Below are positions 40,701-52,600 of a DNA stretch of 53,272 nucleotides, in pieces. Position 1 is the stretch's first letter; each line of letters begins with the position of its first letter. Location: positions 1-53,272 of the forward strand of contig JABANN010000204.1 in the NCBI GenBank assembly GCA_013115125.1. The letters run 5' to 3'. The notes beneath the pieces are model-generated. The model was not told where the DNA came from. It saw only the letters and a list, made by a program, of their open reading frames with translations, and ran no database searches. Source of the DNA: Perkinsus olseni (taxonomy: Eukaryota). The translations under genes were made by a program, and so were the position numbers.

Positions 40701-43700
40701 AGACTGTCTTTTGTTGAACTCATTACGTGGACTCGGCCGCTTCTACGGAGTCCTCCGGGATGGTGCCTCGGCTGAACCCGACCCCTGCCGGTTGATCGAG
40801 GTACATTACATTTGCATGGGTGTTCCAAGAGTATCTTGAGCGTTTCAAGTGTTTGTTGCTGGAGTCCTGAGACGCTCACTTGTTTATTGAAGTACGCTTG
40901 CCGTCCTCGTCATCAACAATACACGGACCGCCATTGCCTGACACGGCTGCGTACAGACTGCTGCCTCCAGGGCCTCCGTGGAAGTAAATCACAGTCGGGC
41001 TGCTTCTTGGGTCATTGCGAGACTCAAAGAACCAGTAGAACAACCTGCTACTGTTCATCACATCGCGACGGCAGCTTATCGTCCGACCTGGTATCGCCTT
41101 GGCCGGGTAAGTAACCGTGCAGTTGAGCGACGGTCTCGTCACAAATGCTCCTGGGTTTTGATTCACCATCTGCCACGGCCGCTCCTGATGGACTCGGTAC
41201 TTCGTCGAGGGGACCTGATAGAGGAAAATTCTCTTGGGGGGCGAGTGTTGTGCTGGGGAGTGCTGTTTTACCCCGAGTATGAAGCAGAGAGTTCCCGCGG
41301 GTTTTCCCGCTAGCTCTTAAGCCGTACAGGGTTAATACCATAACGGCCCCAGCTTTCATCCAAATGGGTGGGCCGATGACGCTGACGGTGGAATGAATGA
41401 ACTACGCCCACTAGCGAGGGCTGCGTCCCGACCGAGACGGGAGATGCTGCCCCGATCGGCGCCGTCTCTTGAGCATCCATTTTTCCAAGGGTGATGACTC
41501 GTCGATGAGTGTCTACCGCCCGTCAAGAGCCTGGGAGGGCAGCACGCGAGTCGCGTGTCGCGTTCAGGATCGCCAAATCGCGTTGGGCATACACACCTTG
41601 CTCGAATGGGTTCTCACGTCCGCCTGCTGCCTTCGAGAAATCGATGTGTTTTCAGAAGTGATCCCTCCGTACGGCCGAATGGCCTCCTTCGTACCGATAA
41701 ATGTACCAATAGTTTTGGGAATGCTCACGATGCACTCGACCCCGGCCATCGTATTCTGGCAGTGGGTAAGTCCTGCTCATCGTTGCTCTGGTGAAATCTC
41801 CTATCGCGGGCGGCGGACGGCCACCGTGAGTCGGTACGCGTCGTGTGATCGGGAATCGTAGTAGTGTTATGGCCGATTATTTGAGGATGGCCGTCGCCGG
41901 GCTTGATTGATGAATAAAACTCCCGCCTCGGATGATAGCATAGTCCCCCGAGGGTACTACGGCATAATCGTAGAATGTTTTCGGTAGTTGTGGTATTTGC
42001 GGACTTGCTATGTATGACGCGTTTGAACCTGGCGAGAGCATTTCATGTCTGTTGTTGAGGGGACTCGGGCTTTGCCGTCTATTATATTCGTCCACGCCGT
42101 GTCCTCTCGTTTTGATGGTACTGGGGATGCTCATGATTCGAGCTTGCGTGTGACCGATTCGTACAGTTGAGACAACTTCACAAGGGCAACTTCGCAGCTC
42201 GTTCATGCGGGTCGATGTGCTATCAGCAATCTCCTTCATCTCGGTTCATCATTCTTATGGTGTTGGCTAGGTTAACCAGAGCTACAATGCTGTGTTCAAC
42301 TATTGTAACCGTAGTGGTATGGAGATGAGTACAGAACAGCAGACGGTCTCCTACGTCTTGGCTACTGGTAGGGGTATTCTGGACTTGTCCGCTAGTTGGT
42401 TGGAGAGTCATCGCTGCGACGGTCGTCGTGTGGTGTCTCAGGGTCATCGTGCGCGATGGCTTTGCTGATGAAACGTTTTCAACCAGAGGCCCTCCGGAAG
42501 ATACCATGGGTTGTAAGGAACGTAACCGTGGTTATGTGACTAGTTGATGGCATTCATTGCAGCTGCCGTATATTTCTGTCGCCACTGGGGGATCAGCGAA
42601 CCTCTATTTTACGCGACGGTCTGAGCTGCAGAATGGTGAGTTCTGTATAAGGTTTTGTATGCTACCGGTGAAGCTTTAACCAGTTTTGAAAATTTCGTGC
42701 ACTGAGTATTTCGACATCTCTTTGGGAGAGAATTAACTCGAACTAGTCGCGAGCTCGCCCGTTGATCTTTTTCTGTATTAAACCGCCGAAATTTCTCATG
42801 CAGAAGGCTTGTTCAGGCACGCCCATACTAGATCCAGACACTAACGAGCAGTTGGGCGTTTCGAAGAAAGCCGGGCAGATAGCTTTCGTTAAGACGTGGA
42901 TATCGAGGTATTGTTATACCGTTTCATGATACTCCCACACCTTAAGGAATTTAGATAGATTTTTAATTTGATCACAAATTTTTTATGAGCTGAGTCAGCT
43001 CAGCTCACTGGCTTCAATGTCATTAAAGCTATCATTGATAATATCGGCAACAACATTTATGATTGAATTTTGACTAAAATCACCGAAACCGGGTGTTCGT
43101 GTGATCAACTAACTCGGAAAAAATAGTTATCACTGATAAAAATTGATAACTAAGTGAAACGTAGACGTGCGTGGTGCACACCACTTCGAGCGATAGAATC
43201 TTATCATAAGATACTTTCCAGAATTCTTAGACTGTCTTTCTCAGGACGCTGATGCTGCCGATTCCCCTGCTCGTCCTTCCGAGTTCTCTTAAGAAGTGAG
43301 AATTGGGAATTTTCGGTTGCCTTGCTTAGAGGGTTTCTCGCTTGATAACGCGGGATGCACACAGTCATGTTCTTAAAGGTTCATCGTAGAGGCTATGTGG
43401 TTCGGCGACCTGCGTCGTCACCGTCGCGGGGCTGTATCGTTGGAGGCCTTCCTGGTCATCCTATCCTTGTCCTTCGCTCTGCCTGCATGTGTGGCGTTAT
43501 ACCCGCAGAAGATGGAGGTAGGCTGCTCCTTATCAAGTTATCAAAGTTCAATATCGGAATATAAATTTCACATTTACAGTTGGCTGGATGAAGCGATCCT
43601 TTCTTATTGTTTCGTGAACGTTCTTTGCATGTTCACATTCACGTTGCATCCTTTACAGTCTTTTCATTCATGAAAAAAATTCCCCCGAACTAAGGACAAC

Positions 43701-43890
43701 TTATCTAGGATAAGTCACCAAAGTACATACTATTGAAGCCTGAGAATTTCTCTTCTCCTAGCGAGCCAACCGTGTATGGTAACCGCTGTCGTGGCAGGTG
43801 TCGGTGGCCTCTCTCGAACCGGAGTTCCTGCCATTACGCAATCGCCACGGCGGTAGAATGTCCCATGTTATCGTCAATAAGGGGCTGTGA
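37720..43890 (+). CDS. SFXN: Sideroflexin (mitochondrial tricarboxylate/serine carrier family), multi-exon
   Basis: [112 protein letters not shown], and C-terminal LEPEF...VNKGL*. Confidence 0.93.
38928..41359 (-). CDS. Serine carboxypeptidase (peptidase S10), nested antisense in a sideroflexin intron
   Basis: [42 protein letters not shown], Ser motif [22 protein letters not shown], Asp motif [13 protein letters not shown], His motif VRGAGHSV...NQL*. The N-terminus resembles a signal peptide. Confidence 0.9.
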
Positions 43891-44027
43891 ACAACCCTGG
43901 TCAACAACCCAAGATTCTGTTACGAAGAATGTTTCAACATGTCAATTTTAGGGAGTTTATTTTCTTCGGGTCCAGTCGGCTCCGTCGTAGTTTATTTCTC
44001 CCCTCTTTGTTGTCGTCCTTTTCCTCG

Positions 44028-45283
44028 ATGGTTTGCATTCGTCCCGCTGTTCTTTCGGATCTCCCTGCCATGCAGGAGTGCAATCTCATGTGCTTGCCTG
44101 AAAACTACCAGGTGAGAGGTTGCTGCTGTGCCGGTAGCATAAAATTCTCGAGTCAGATGAAATACTACTTCTATCACATACTGAGCTGGCCGCAGTTGCT
44201 GTATGTCGCTGAAGACACCGATCGTAAAATCGTTGGTTATGTAAGACCGTGGGCATCCAAGCTCGACCGTGGTCAAGCACAGAATGGCATTTCCGCAGGT
44301 GTTAGCGAAGATGGAAGAAGATGCTGGCTCGGAGCCTCCCAATGGTCACATCACGAGTCTGGCCGTTCTCAGGTCGGCTTGTTGTTGGATGGGGTGTATT
44401 GACTTAATTTATATGCATATATACAGTTATGGACATTGTCTTAGATGGACTCTTCTCATCGACTATGACTAGGATGTTTAGTACCACACCATTGTGAAAT
44501 TTTGCGGAAAACAGCTAGTGTATAGGGTATCTCAGTAGCACCGGATGTGCATGTTTCCGCTCTTGTCGGGGACGTCTCCACTATCCTGCCTACTGGACCT
44601 GATCGCGTGTCTCTTATCTTTTGCTCTTCCTCAGATCTCACCGTAAGCTCGGCATTGCGACGAGACTGATGAAGGCTGCCTTGAAGGCGATGCATGAGAC
44701 CTTCGACGCTGCATACGTCAGTCTGCATGTGAGTGCGACGGCGGGCGATTCCATCGGCGGGCATGCAAACCTATGAATCTTGTGTATTAGTATTATGGTA
44801 GTATTATTGGTATTGATAATTAACGTTGTTGTTGGTGCAGGTTCGAGTGTCTAACACAGCGGCCCTAACTCTTTATAGAGATACTCTGGCCTTCAAGCAG
44901 CACGATATAGAGAAGCAATACTACGCGGATAAGGTGCGTCACTATCTTTTCTATTTCGCGTTCACTATCGAAATGTCTTCACTTGCAATAGCTTCGGTCG
45001 AAGAGGTGGTGTGCTTAGCATTTCGGTTAACATGTCGTGCTTTTCAGGAGGATGCCTTCGATATGCGCAAGTACTTGACAACGCCCTCGACGAAGGCTGA
45101 TAAAGAGAATGAGAAAAAGGAAGAGGCCTCTGCCGAGCAACCGGAGGTGGGGATTTTTCGAATGTGATTGGCTCACTTGCAAAAATCGTTGTACAGGAAA
45201 CGTCTGATAAACCTGCTGATGATGACTGCAAACCGACGAAGGCCGTCACCGGTAAGAAGACGATTAACAGGAGGAGAAAGTGA
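44028..45283 (+). CDS. NAA10: N-alpha-acetyltransferase 10, NatA catalytic subunit, multi-exon
   Basis: [92 protein letters not shown]. Confidence 0.96.
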
Positions 45284-46054
45284 AGCACCGTAAACGATAT
45301 CCACACTGACTTGATGGTACCATTCGGTTAATAGTGCTGCTGTTTCTCTCACATACCTCATCGTTGCTGTTGCGTTGAGTTCCTTGCATACGAACACGCT
45401 CCGACCGAAACAGCAAGCTCTGGGATGCGAAGGCCTCAAGTAATGACGAATGCGCGTTCCGCACTTGTGATGTGAAACGCATCTTTTGTGATACTCACGG
45501 CCCACTCAGAAGCAGTGGAGGTCGACTCGCTGTTTCCATTCTTCCGCGTGATATACTCCTCCGGCAAACTTGGGTTTCACATTGACAGACTTGCCTGTCC
45601 AGTGTCCACTCATCAAACCCGCATGACAAAATGTGTCTCCGCAAATGATATTAAATAACAGTGTACACTAACAGATACACTAAGTGTCTGCCCCGGTGTC
45701 ATCTCCATGGTCATCCTGGTTGAATGAAAAGTCTCTTTTGATGAGCTTGATTTAACACTCGACGAGACGCAACAAGAACGTTCGTTAGACACACAACATT
45801 AAACAAGATTGATGTATTAGGATAAGATGACAGCTATGCTGTACCGCCGATACATCATCACCAACATTCATCGCAGTGTCAACAAAAAATGAAGGCAGCA
45901 CGGCCGCCGTGCCACGGCGAGCCGTGAATATGCGCGGAAAATGCAAATATGGGAATTTGTTCTGAACCATTACTCGACTATGTGATCGGGCAGCACTTGT
46001 TCGGTATGCGGCCAAGAGCCCTAGTTCGGGTTCCTCGGAAAAACGCTTTCTGCC

Positions 46055-47383
46055 TCAAATCCCTTCTTCCACCCAGCGAAGTAGATCTTCTTCGTTCTTT
46101 GCCAGCCAATCCAAAGTCTCTTCGTCCAGGCGAGGCTCCAATTGTCCCATCGTGTTGTCGAATGATTCTCCAGTGACTGCTGTCGTCTCGTCGGCGACTT
46201 TTCTCTCCGGTGCTGGGTGTCTGGAAGGCCCCGGGGCGTAAGAGGGCTCTTGTAGCTTGCTGGGGACGCCACCCTGGCTCGACTCGAGCTGTGCAAGTTC
46301 ATCGGATTGCGTCCTTCCCGTTCCAACAACGCTTGCCGTAGTAAGCGACCCATCGCCTTCCGTCGCCTGGCCGTTGACCCCCTCAAGCTCCTTGGTATTG
46401 GTCGATCGTCTGCCTAGACGCTTCACGGTAGGGCTGTCAACCGTGCCCGACTCTGAACTGGATCGCTGGCGCTTCGCAGCTGAGGGGGCGTCTACCGAGG
46501 ACTCCGCGGTATCGGAAGGTCCCTCGGGCTCGACCGTCGCCGGTTTCAAGGGAATTCTCAAAGTTTCAAGCACCAAGTATAACCTTGACTCCAAAGTCTG
46601 GCATATGCCCACATCTCTCACCCGGGTGAAACTTAACGTATGCTGTTTCGGGATCGGCGTCCTTCGGAATAGAAGACGCCTGTCGTTGCTCTCTCCGAGC
46701 CAGAAGCATCTTCGGCTCGGATCGCGGCGATAGGCCTGTGCCTGGAAGCTCACAGTCGAATTGTCCCAAAATGTGAATCATATAGACCATCCTTCCTCGG
46801 CGGCCGTCAGCAGTACATCGCTGAGATGAGGGTCGGGTATTGACCCGTCGTTCAAATACAGACCAGGTGGCGGTGGCTCGGAGGGAGCTTCCAGGATTTG
46901 GTTGGGATCCACTGAGGTCCGGATCATAGGTAACTTGTCTGTCCCAATCCTCAGAAAAACATCACCACCGGAGATACAGGCGAGTACGGGTTTCCGGCTA
47001 AAAGGCTTTCGCTGCCTGGCATATCTTGTGAGGCTTTCAGCCCAATTGAATGCTTCGTCCCTATTCTCGAAGAGGTAACAGGACAATTTCGTGACCTGTC
47101 GTGACGGCCACCCTTTGTGTTCCACAGTTTGCACCGTTTGTGGGGTCGTCTCGAATGAGTTCAAGAAATAGTGCTCAGGCATTCCACCGAGGAATGCTAC
47201 AGCGCATCGTTGTCCCTGAAAAGCTCGCAAAGCCACGCTGGAAAAGGGCGGCACTGGACGGGTGGTTCGATACACGCCAGGTGGTATGGTCTCCAAAGGT
47301 GCTGTTCGGCGACAGAAAACCGTAACGATGAGGGGCCCCAGAAGGCCCAACACCGATAACAAGGAAACGTTGCGCGGTCTCAT
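46055..47383 (-). CDS. Hypothetical secreted protein (lineage-specific), at least two exons
   Basis: N-terminal hydrophobic signal-like segment (MRPRNVSLLSVLGLLGPLIVTVFC), repeated PPG(V/L)Y motif, and long ORFs 47383-46778 and 46753-46055. Confidence 0.6.
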
Positions 47384-47865
47384 CGCAACTAGCCTAGTTA
47401 AACTAGGGAAGAATGAAACTACTGAGATGAGGCAGTACTGATGATTTCACAGGCGTCGGGAAAAGTTCTTCTGAGCGGCACCGTCATTCCCGTCTCGGGC
47501 GCAGCGCAAGTGGCTCGCCCCTGGTTAGCGGGAAGGAAGCGATTTCATCACGGCAGACGAAATGGATGAACCGCGGTTGCATCGCACAAAGTTTCTGACC
47601 GAAACAATTTTTGACAATAACGATCAAGAACGTCCAAGTGTCTGATCACCCGATCTGGAGGTCCACTGACACCAGGAGCATCAGCAGGTAGGCGCAATAT
47701 TTTTCAAGGCATACCTGCTCCTAGTCAAGCAGGAATTTATCCACAATACCTAAGAGTTGCTTAACGTGATAATTTGCAGCAAACGTTGACGCGGGCAACA
47801 TGATTAACACCTAACAAAGTATCAGCGTGGATTGATGAATGGCGGATTGAATCAACATTTTGGCG

Positions 47866-48466
47866 GGGATGTCCTTGTCCCAGTTTCGAGTCGTACGGCG
47901 TCATTTCGTACATCCCTCGAAAATTTTTTAGGCAAGTCGCGAAGCTGCTCCGCGACTTGCCTAAAAAATTTTCGCGCCGGCTACGCCGCCGCCGCCCTTA
48001 GTACCACTCTGCTTCCTCCCTGGTAAGAGAGTCCCTGGCAGGGACTCCCTGCACATAGAACCGACCCTGCGGTCTTCCGATCGAGAGTCCGCAACCTCAA
48101 CTACCATACCACACACAAATTTTTTCCTCACAGAGTGGCGCGGACTTGCCTAAAAAATATCGCAGAGTGTACGAAATGACGGTGTACGACTTGAAACTGG
48201 GGTTGTGTACGAAATGAGAGTGTATGAAATGCCAGTATACGAGTTGAAAGTGTACGACTATTATGTGTATGGGTGTTATATGTACGGGTATTACGTATAC
48301 GAGCATCATGTAGACGAGTTTTATATGTACGAATCTCTTGTGTATGAGTATTTTGTGTATGACTCTCCGGTGTACGAGCATCTCGTGTACGATTAGAAAA
48401 TGTATGAGTATTGGAGGCCAGAGTCGAAAATGTACGACTCTTTGGTGTACGAAACGTGAACATCCC
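47866..48466. mobile_element. Foldback/MITE-like element with ~62-bp inverted repeats and a 15-bp-period subterminal array
   Basis: 47879-47941 is near reverse-complementary to 48140-48201. The ends are GGGATGT (47866) and ACATCCC (48466). Internal hairpin TTTTTTAGGCAAGTCGCG/CGCGACTTGCCTAAAAAA. No clear TSD. Confidence 0.6.
48167..48456 (+). repeat. Degenerate tandem array, 15-bp period, core (G/A)TGTA(C/T)GA
   Basis: About 19 units such as AGAGTGTATGAAATG, CCAGTATACGAGTTG and AAAGTGTACGACTAT: fixed core, variable flanks. Confidence 0.9.
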
Positions 48467-48487
48467 GTGTGGTTATCTCTCCGTGGC

Positions 48488-48618
48488 TGTGATGGTCAGC
48501 ACAATTTCTGTCTCCCATTGATCTTGCTCCGTTCTATCGATTAGCTATGGTATCGTTCTCTGTTGTCTTACGTGTTCTATCTCCACCAACATAGGAGTGT
48601 TGTGTCTAGAGTATTACA
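48488..48618 (+). repeat. 5' LTR (131 bp)
   Basis: TGTGATGGTCAGC...GAGTATTACA, identical by eye to 52866-52996. Confidence 0.97.
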
Positions 48619-48620
48619 CG

Positions 48621-48633
48621 TGGTGCCCAGACC
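48621..48633 (+). promoter_or_regulatory. Primer binding site
   Basis: TGGTGCCCAGACC lies 2 nt after the 5' LTR. The TGG start is complementary to tRNA CCA. The primer tRNA was not identified. Confidence 0.8.
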
Positions 48634-48636
48634 ATC

Positions 48637-49638
48637 ATGGATAAAGACCAAGCTGATAAGGAAATTGAAGAGACGGAAGGTGACTCGAGGAAGTCGCCGA
48701 GGGAGACTTCCGAGCAGGAAGAGTTAGAGATAGATGGCCAGGAGCTACAAGGAGCAAAGTTCGAAGCTCGAGCACGATTACTTCGACTTCAGTTCAAGGA
48801 ACTCTTAGAGTTCATGGGCTTGTGTCTCACTGATAAGGCATGGGACACTTACAATCGCAGATTGATGCACAATCCTCAAGAGCCTCCCGAGAAGATATAT
48901 TATGGTATCGTTACTGAGTTAACGAAACAGTATAGTGAAAGCCCGAAACATGCCTTTAGTACTCTCTGTAAGATGAGGTACAAGAAAGATATATTCCGTC
49001 ATTCAACGGAGATATATAGACTGACAAAATTGGCATTCCCAAACATGGCTGCAGACGCTCGAGACCAGGTCTGCGTGCATGTGTTTTGGAAAAGTTTGCC
49101 ACAGTCTAAATTAGTGGAAGGTTATTTTAATACGTTCACTAAGATGGAGAAACAAACGCTATCAGAAGCGGTGACGCTGGTCGGTGATAGTCTCGACAGC
49201 TCGGATGATGAGCACGAGAAGACGGAGGACGAGAACGATGACAAGAAGGAAACAGTAGTAACGGCTACGGCTTACTGGCCCTATTCCAATAGAGGAAAAG
49301 GAAAGGGCAAAGGCAAAGGCAAAGGATGGTATTATACCTATAATTACGGTAAAGGGTATGGCCCAAGGAAGGGCTACGGTTACTCCAAGGGCAAGGCCAA
49401 AGGAGGAAAAGGTAAAGGCAAGTATAAGCGACCAGCATCACAAGAAGACGGGGATGACGACGAACAGAATAAAAGAATGAAGGTAATAACGCCACAGCAG
49501 TGGTTCGACGATTGTTGTATTGGTCATCCCTCGAAGTTCGTTGAAGTAGGTGACAGCCAAGAGCGAGTAGTGGGCCACTACTCGCTCTTGGCTGTCACCT
49601 TCTATGCCACTGCTAGTGGCAGTACTAGATACCGGTAG
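48637..49638 (+). CDS. gag: Gag-like protein
   Basis: 333-aa ORF directly after the PBS, with a helical capsid-like core and a basic G/K/Y-rich C-terminal region. No CCHC knuckle. Confidence 0.85.
   Translation: MDKDQADKEIEETEGDSRKSPRETSEQEELEIDGQELQGAKFEARARLLRLQFKELLEFMGLCLTDKAWDTYNRRLMHNPQEPPEKIYYGIVTELTKQYSESPKHAFSTLCKMRYKKDIFRHSTEIYRLTKLAFPNMAADARDQVCVHVFWKSLPQSKLVEGYFNTFTKMEKQTLSEAVTLVGDSLDSSDDEHEKTEDENDDKKETVVTATAYWPYSNRGKGKGKGKGKGWYYTYNYGKGYGPRKGYGYSKGKAKGGKGKGKYKRPASQEDGDDDEQNKRMKVITPQQWFDDCCIGHPSKFVEVGDSQERVVGHYSLLAVTFYATASGSTRYR
49548..49600. other. Perfect palindrome (26-bp arms, 1-nt centre) at the gag/pol junction
   Basis: AGGTGACAGCCAAGAGCGAGTAGTGG-G-CCACTACTCGCTCTTGGCTGTCACCT. 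Confidence 0.97.
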
Positions 49639-52600
49639 CTCCAAGACCTTAATGTCGAGAAGAGTGGTAGATATGATGAAGACAAGTCATAGGTATTCAG
49701 TAGAAAATGATGATATCATCATTGGTATTGCTGGTAAAGTTGATATTCTCTGTTACGTTGACGTAGTCGTGAATCACCTTGTTGAGTTGCAGTGCCCAGT
49801 AGTTAATACCGATAAGGGTATAATCCAAATGAACGGGGCAGAAGTAGACATATTATTTGGAATGGATTACTGTAATGACTTTGAGTTGGTTAATTATATG
49901 AACACAAATAAGGTTGTAAAACCTGATGAGACTCGTATAATGAGTGCTCAATACACAAGCGGAGAACACAAAGAGAACCAAGGTGTAACGAACAGAACTA
50001 AGGACGTAACAATCAGGGCTAGCGATTTTGAGGCCACTCGTAAGAATGGTAAATGGATAATAGCATGGAAATGGATAAATAAACCTGAAGAGAAACAGAT
50101 AAGGCCTGCATTCTATGATGGTCAGATTGAATCACTAACAACGCAACAGAGAGATCTATTTCGAAAGGAGATAAACTTATGGATTGAAAAGCGTTACATA
50201 CGACCATGCACTGAAGAATATGCTCAAGCAACATACACTATTATGCCCCAGATACAAATGCATAAAGAAAGCACACCTGTAAGACCAGTACTCAATCTGA
50301 AACCGTTGAATATCGAAATAAAGAGTATGCCAAACGAGCAATCGGACCCACTCGCCTGTGGTAATCCATTACGAAGATGGAGATGCAAATATGGATCAGA
50401 AACATTGTTAATAGACATTAAAAAGGCGTACTTACAGGTATCAGTTGATAAGGAACTCCAACCCTATTTGTGCTTACGAATACCATACCTTGACCATGAA
50501 TATTGGGCGATGGATTCAATGCCCTTCGGCTTGAATATAGCGCCAAAATGCTTAACTACAATAATACAGTATTGTTTGAAAGAAGATAAGATACAAGATC
50601 TCGTAGAATTCTATGTCGACGATGGAGCGGTTGAGAAGCAATATTATCCGATAGTAAAGAAATGCTTGGAGAAGAACGACTTCACATTAAAAGAACCAGA
50701 GAAATTATATCGAGCGAGAGTACTCGGAATACAAATGAGGAAAGATAAATTAGGATACTGGGCGAGAAAAGGAGGAACTCCGCAGTTGCAGAGAGTGAAT
50801 GAAAACACGGTTACACGAACTCAGATTGGATCATGGGTAGGCAAATTAGTAGCCCATTATCCTATAGCAAAATGGTTGCGAAGCGCATGTGCTATGCTCA
50901 CGAGATTAGCTTCAATAGACACGGACGAGAAGGATCAAGTAGTATCAAAAAAGATAGTTGCAATATGTGATAAATTAGAAAACGATATACTAGTCAAAGG
51001 TGATCCAGTGGAAGGACAATGGAAATTGAATGTTAAAGAACAGTGGACACTATATGTAGATGCGAGTCGGGTAGCATATGGTGCCTGTCTATATGTAGGT
51101 CAAATACGAGCGGAGGATGGATCGTGGATCCGACCACGAAACGACCATAGGCACATAAATATTGCCGAATTGGATAGTGTATTAAAAGGACTTACACTAG
51201 TGATGCAATATAGAAAAGTAAATAAAATAAAAGGAACGCAACACATCAATTTAAAAACGGACAATAAGAGTGTAGCTGCGTGGTTGAGCCGAAAAAAGTC
51301 GAGTCACTGGATACCGGTTAAAGGTATATGCAGGAGTGCAGTAGAGTCTCGTCTACAGTATTACGAGGATACACTTCAGTATAACGATCTTGAAGTTGAT
51401 GTACAGTGGATAGCATCATATGATAACTTGGCCGATGAACTGTCGAGAGTCCCACAGTATATGATAGGAAAGGATGATAACCAGGTGGCAAGTGCATCTA
51501 GTCAGCTGTTTAGCACTAGCATGGATGATAAAGAAAATCAAGTGGCGGTAACTGTAGAACAGGTCAAGTCTCCAGATCCGAGTAATCCGGACGAGCCAGT
51601 AGATCAACGCAACTGGATAAGTAGATTACAGAGAAAAGATGGTAAAGTAGTGGTGCCAGAAGAAGATGTAATAAGATTCATGACTACAGTCCATGATCAT
51701 GAAGGCGCGTCAGCCTTGTATAACCGTCTACGATCATGGACCAATATCCCACATCTTAAAAAGCGTTGTAGAGAGGCGGTGAGCAATTGCGATGCTTGCC
51801 AGCGAGGGAAAACTTTTCCCGGAGATCGTCAGGCTTGGCATAATACACAAGGATATGCAAAATGCGAAGTGCCTTTTGCTAAGGTCTATACGGATGTAGT
51901 AGGACCTTATCAGACCAAGAATAGCGAGTCGTCAATGTTCGCCATCACCATAGTTGACGGAGCATCAGGATACGCTTTAACTCGGAGTACTAAGCATAGT
52001 CCGACCAGCCAGGATGTTGTAGAGCTTTTCCAACACTTGACTGAGGTGTATGGTACGTCACCGTTGGTCGTCCACACTGATAACGGATCAATCTTCGTCT
52101 CCGAGAGGTTCTCCAAGTACTTGAGGACCATCTTGGCAGTACAAGAGCGATCAGCCGTACATGCTAGTTGGTCCAATGGTAAGGTCGAGCGCCTTCATAG
52201 GGATATCAACGCATATATAAGATGTAGAAGTAATAAACATACACTTAACTACAAGGAATTCTCGTTGCTAATTAAAAAAGCCACCACTAAACACAACGTC
52301 ACTCCTCAGAGGGATGGTAAATGCCCGCATGATAAGATTTTCCGGTTCAACGCAGTGAGTGAACCGTATATGCCGATAGAATTCAGAGAAGGATACGATG
52401 AATTATTTAGTGATGTAGTTGATCCATCACAGTTAACAGAAACACTTAAAAAAGGAACAAAAGTACTCTGTCGTAAGCATGTGTTGGGACCGAAACACCA
52501 ACCAGTCTGGGAAGATGGACGCATTCTTCGCAGAGTAGCTTCAAATATGTATGAAGTAGCCGTTCCAGATCAAAAAGGCGAGTTGTATGCTCGAGTAGAA

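Noticed and set aside
48167-48456. CRISPR-like array or xVYEx pentapeptide-repeat gene
   Set aside because: The 8-nt core and 7-nt variable parts are far too short for CRISPR. The frame has internal stops and no gene context.
49563-49569. Ty3-type +1 frameshift site GCG-AGT-A
   Set aside because: It is not in the gag reading frame, and the pol frame has TAG at 49568-70.
49554-49593. Hairpin arm similarity (TCTTGGCT) to the spliced leader
   Set aside because: Only 8 nt, which is compatible with chance.
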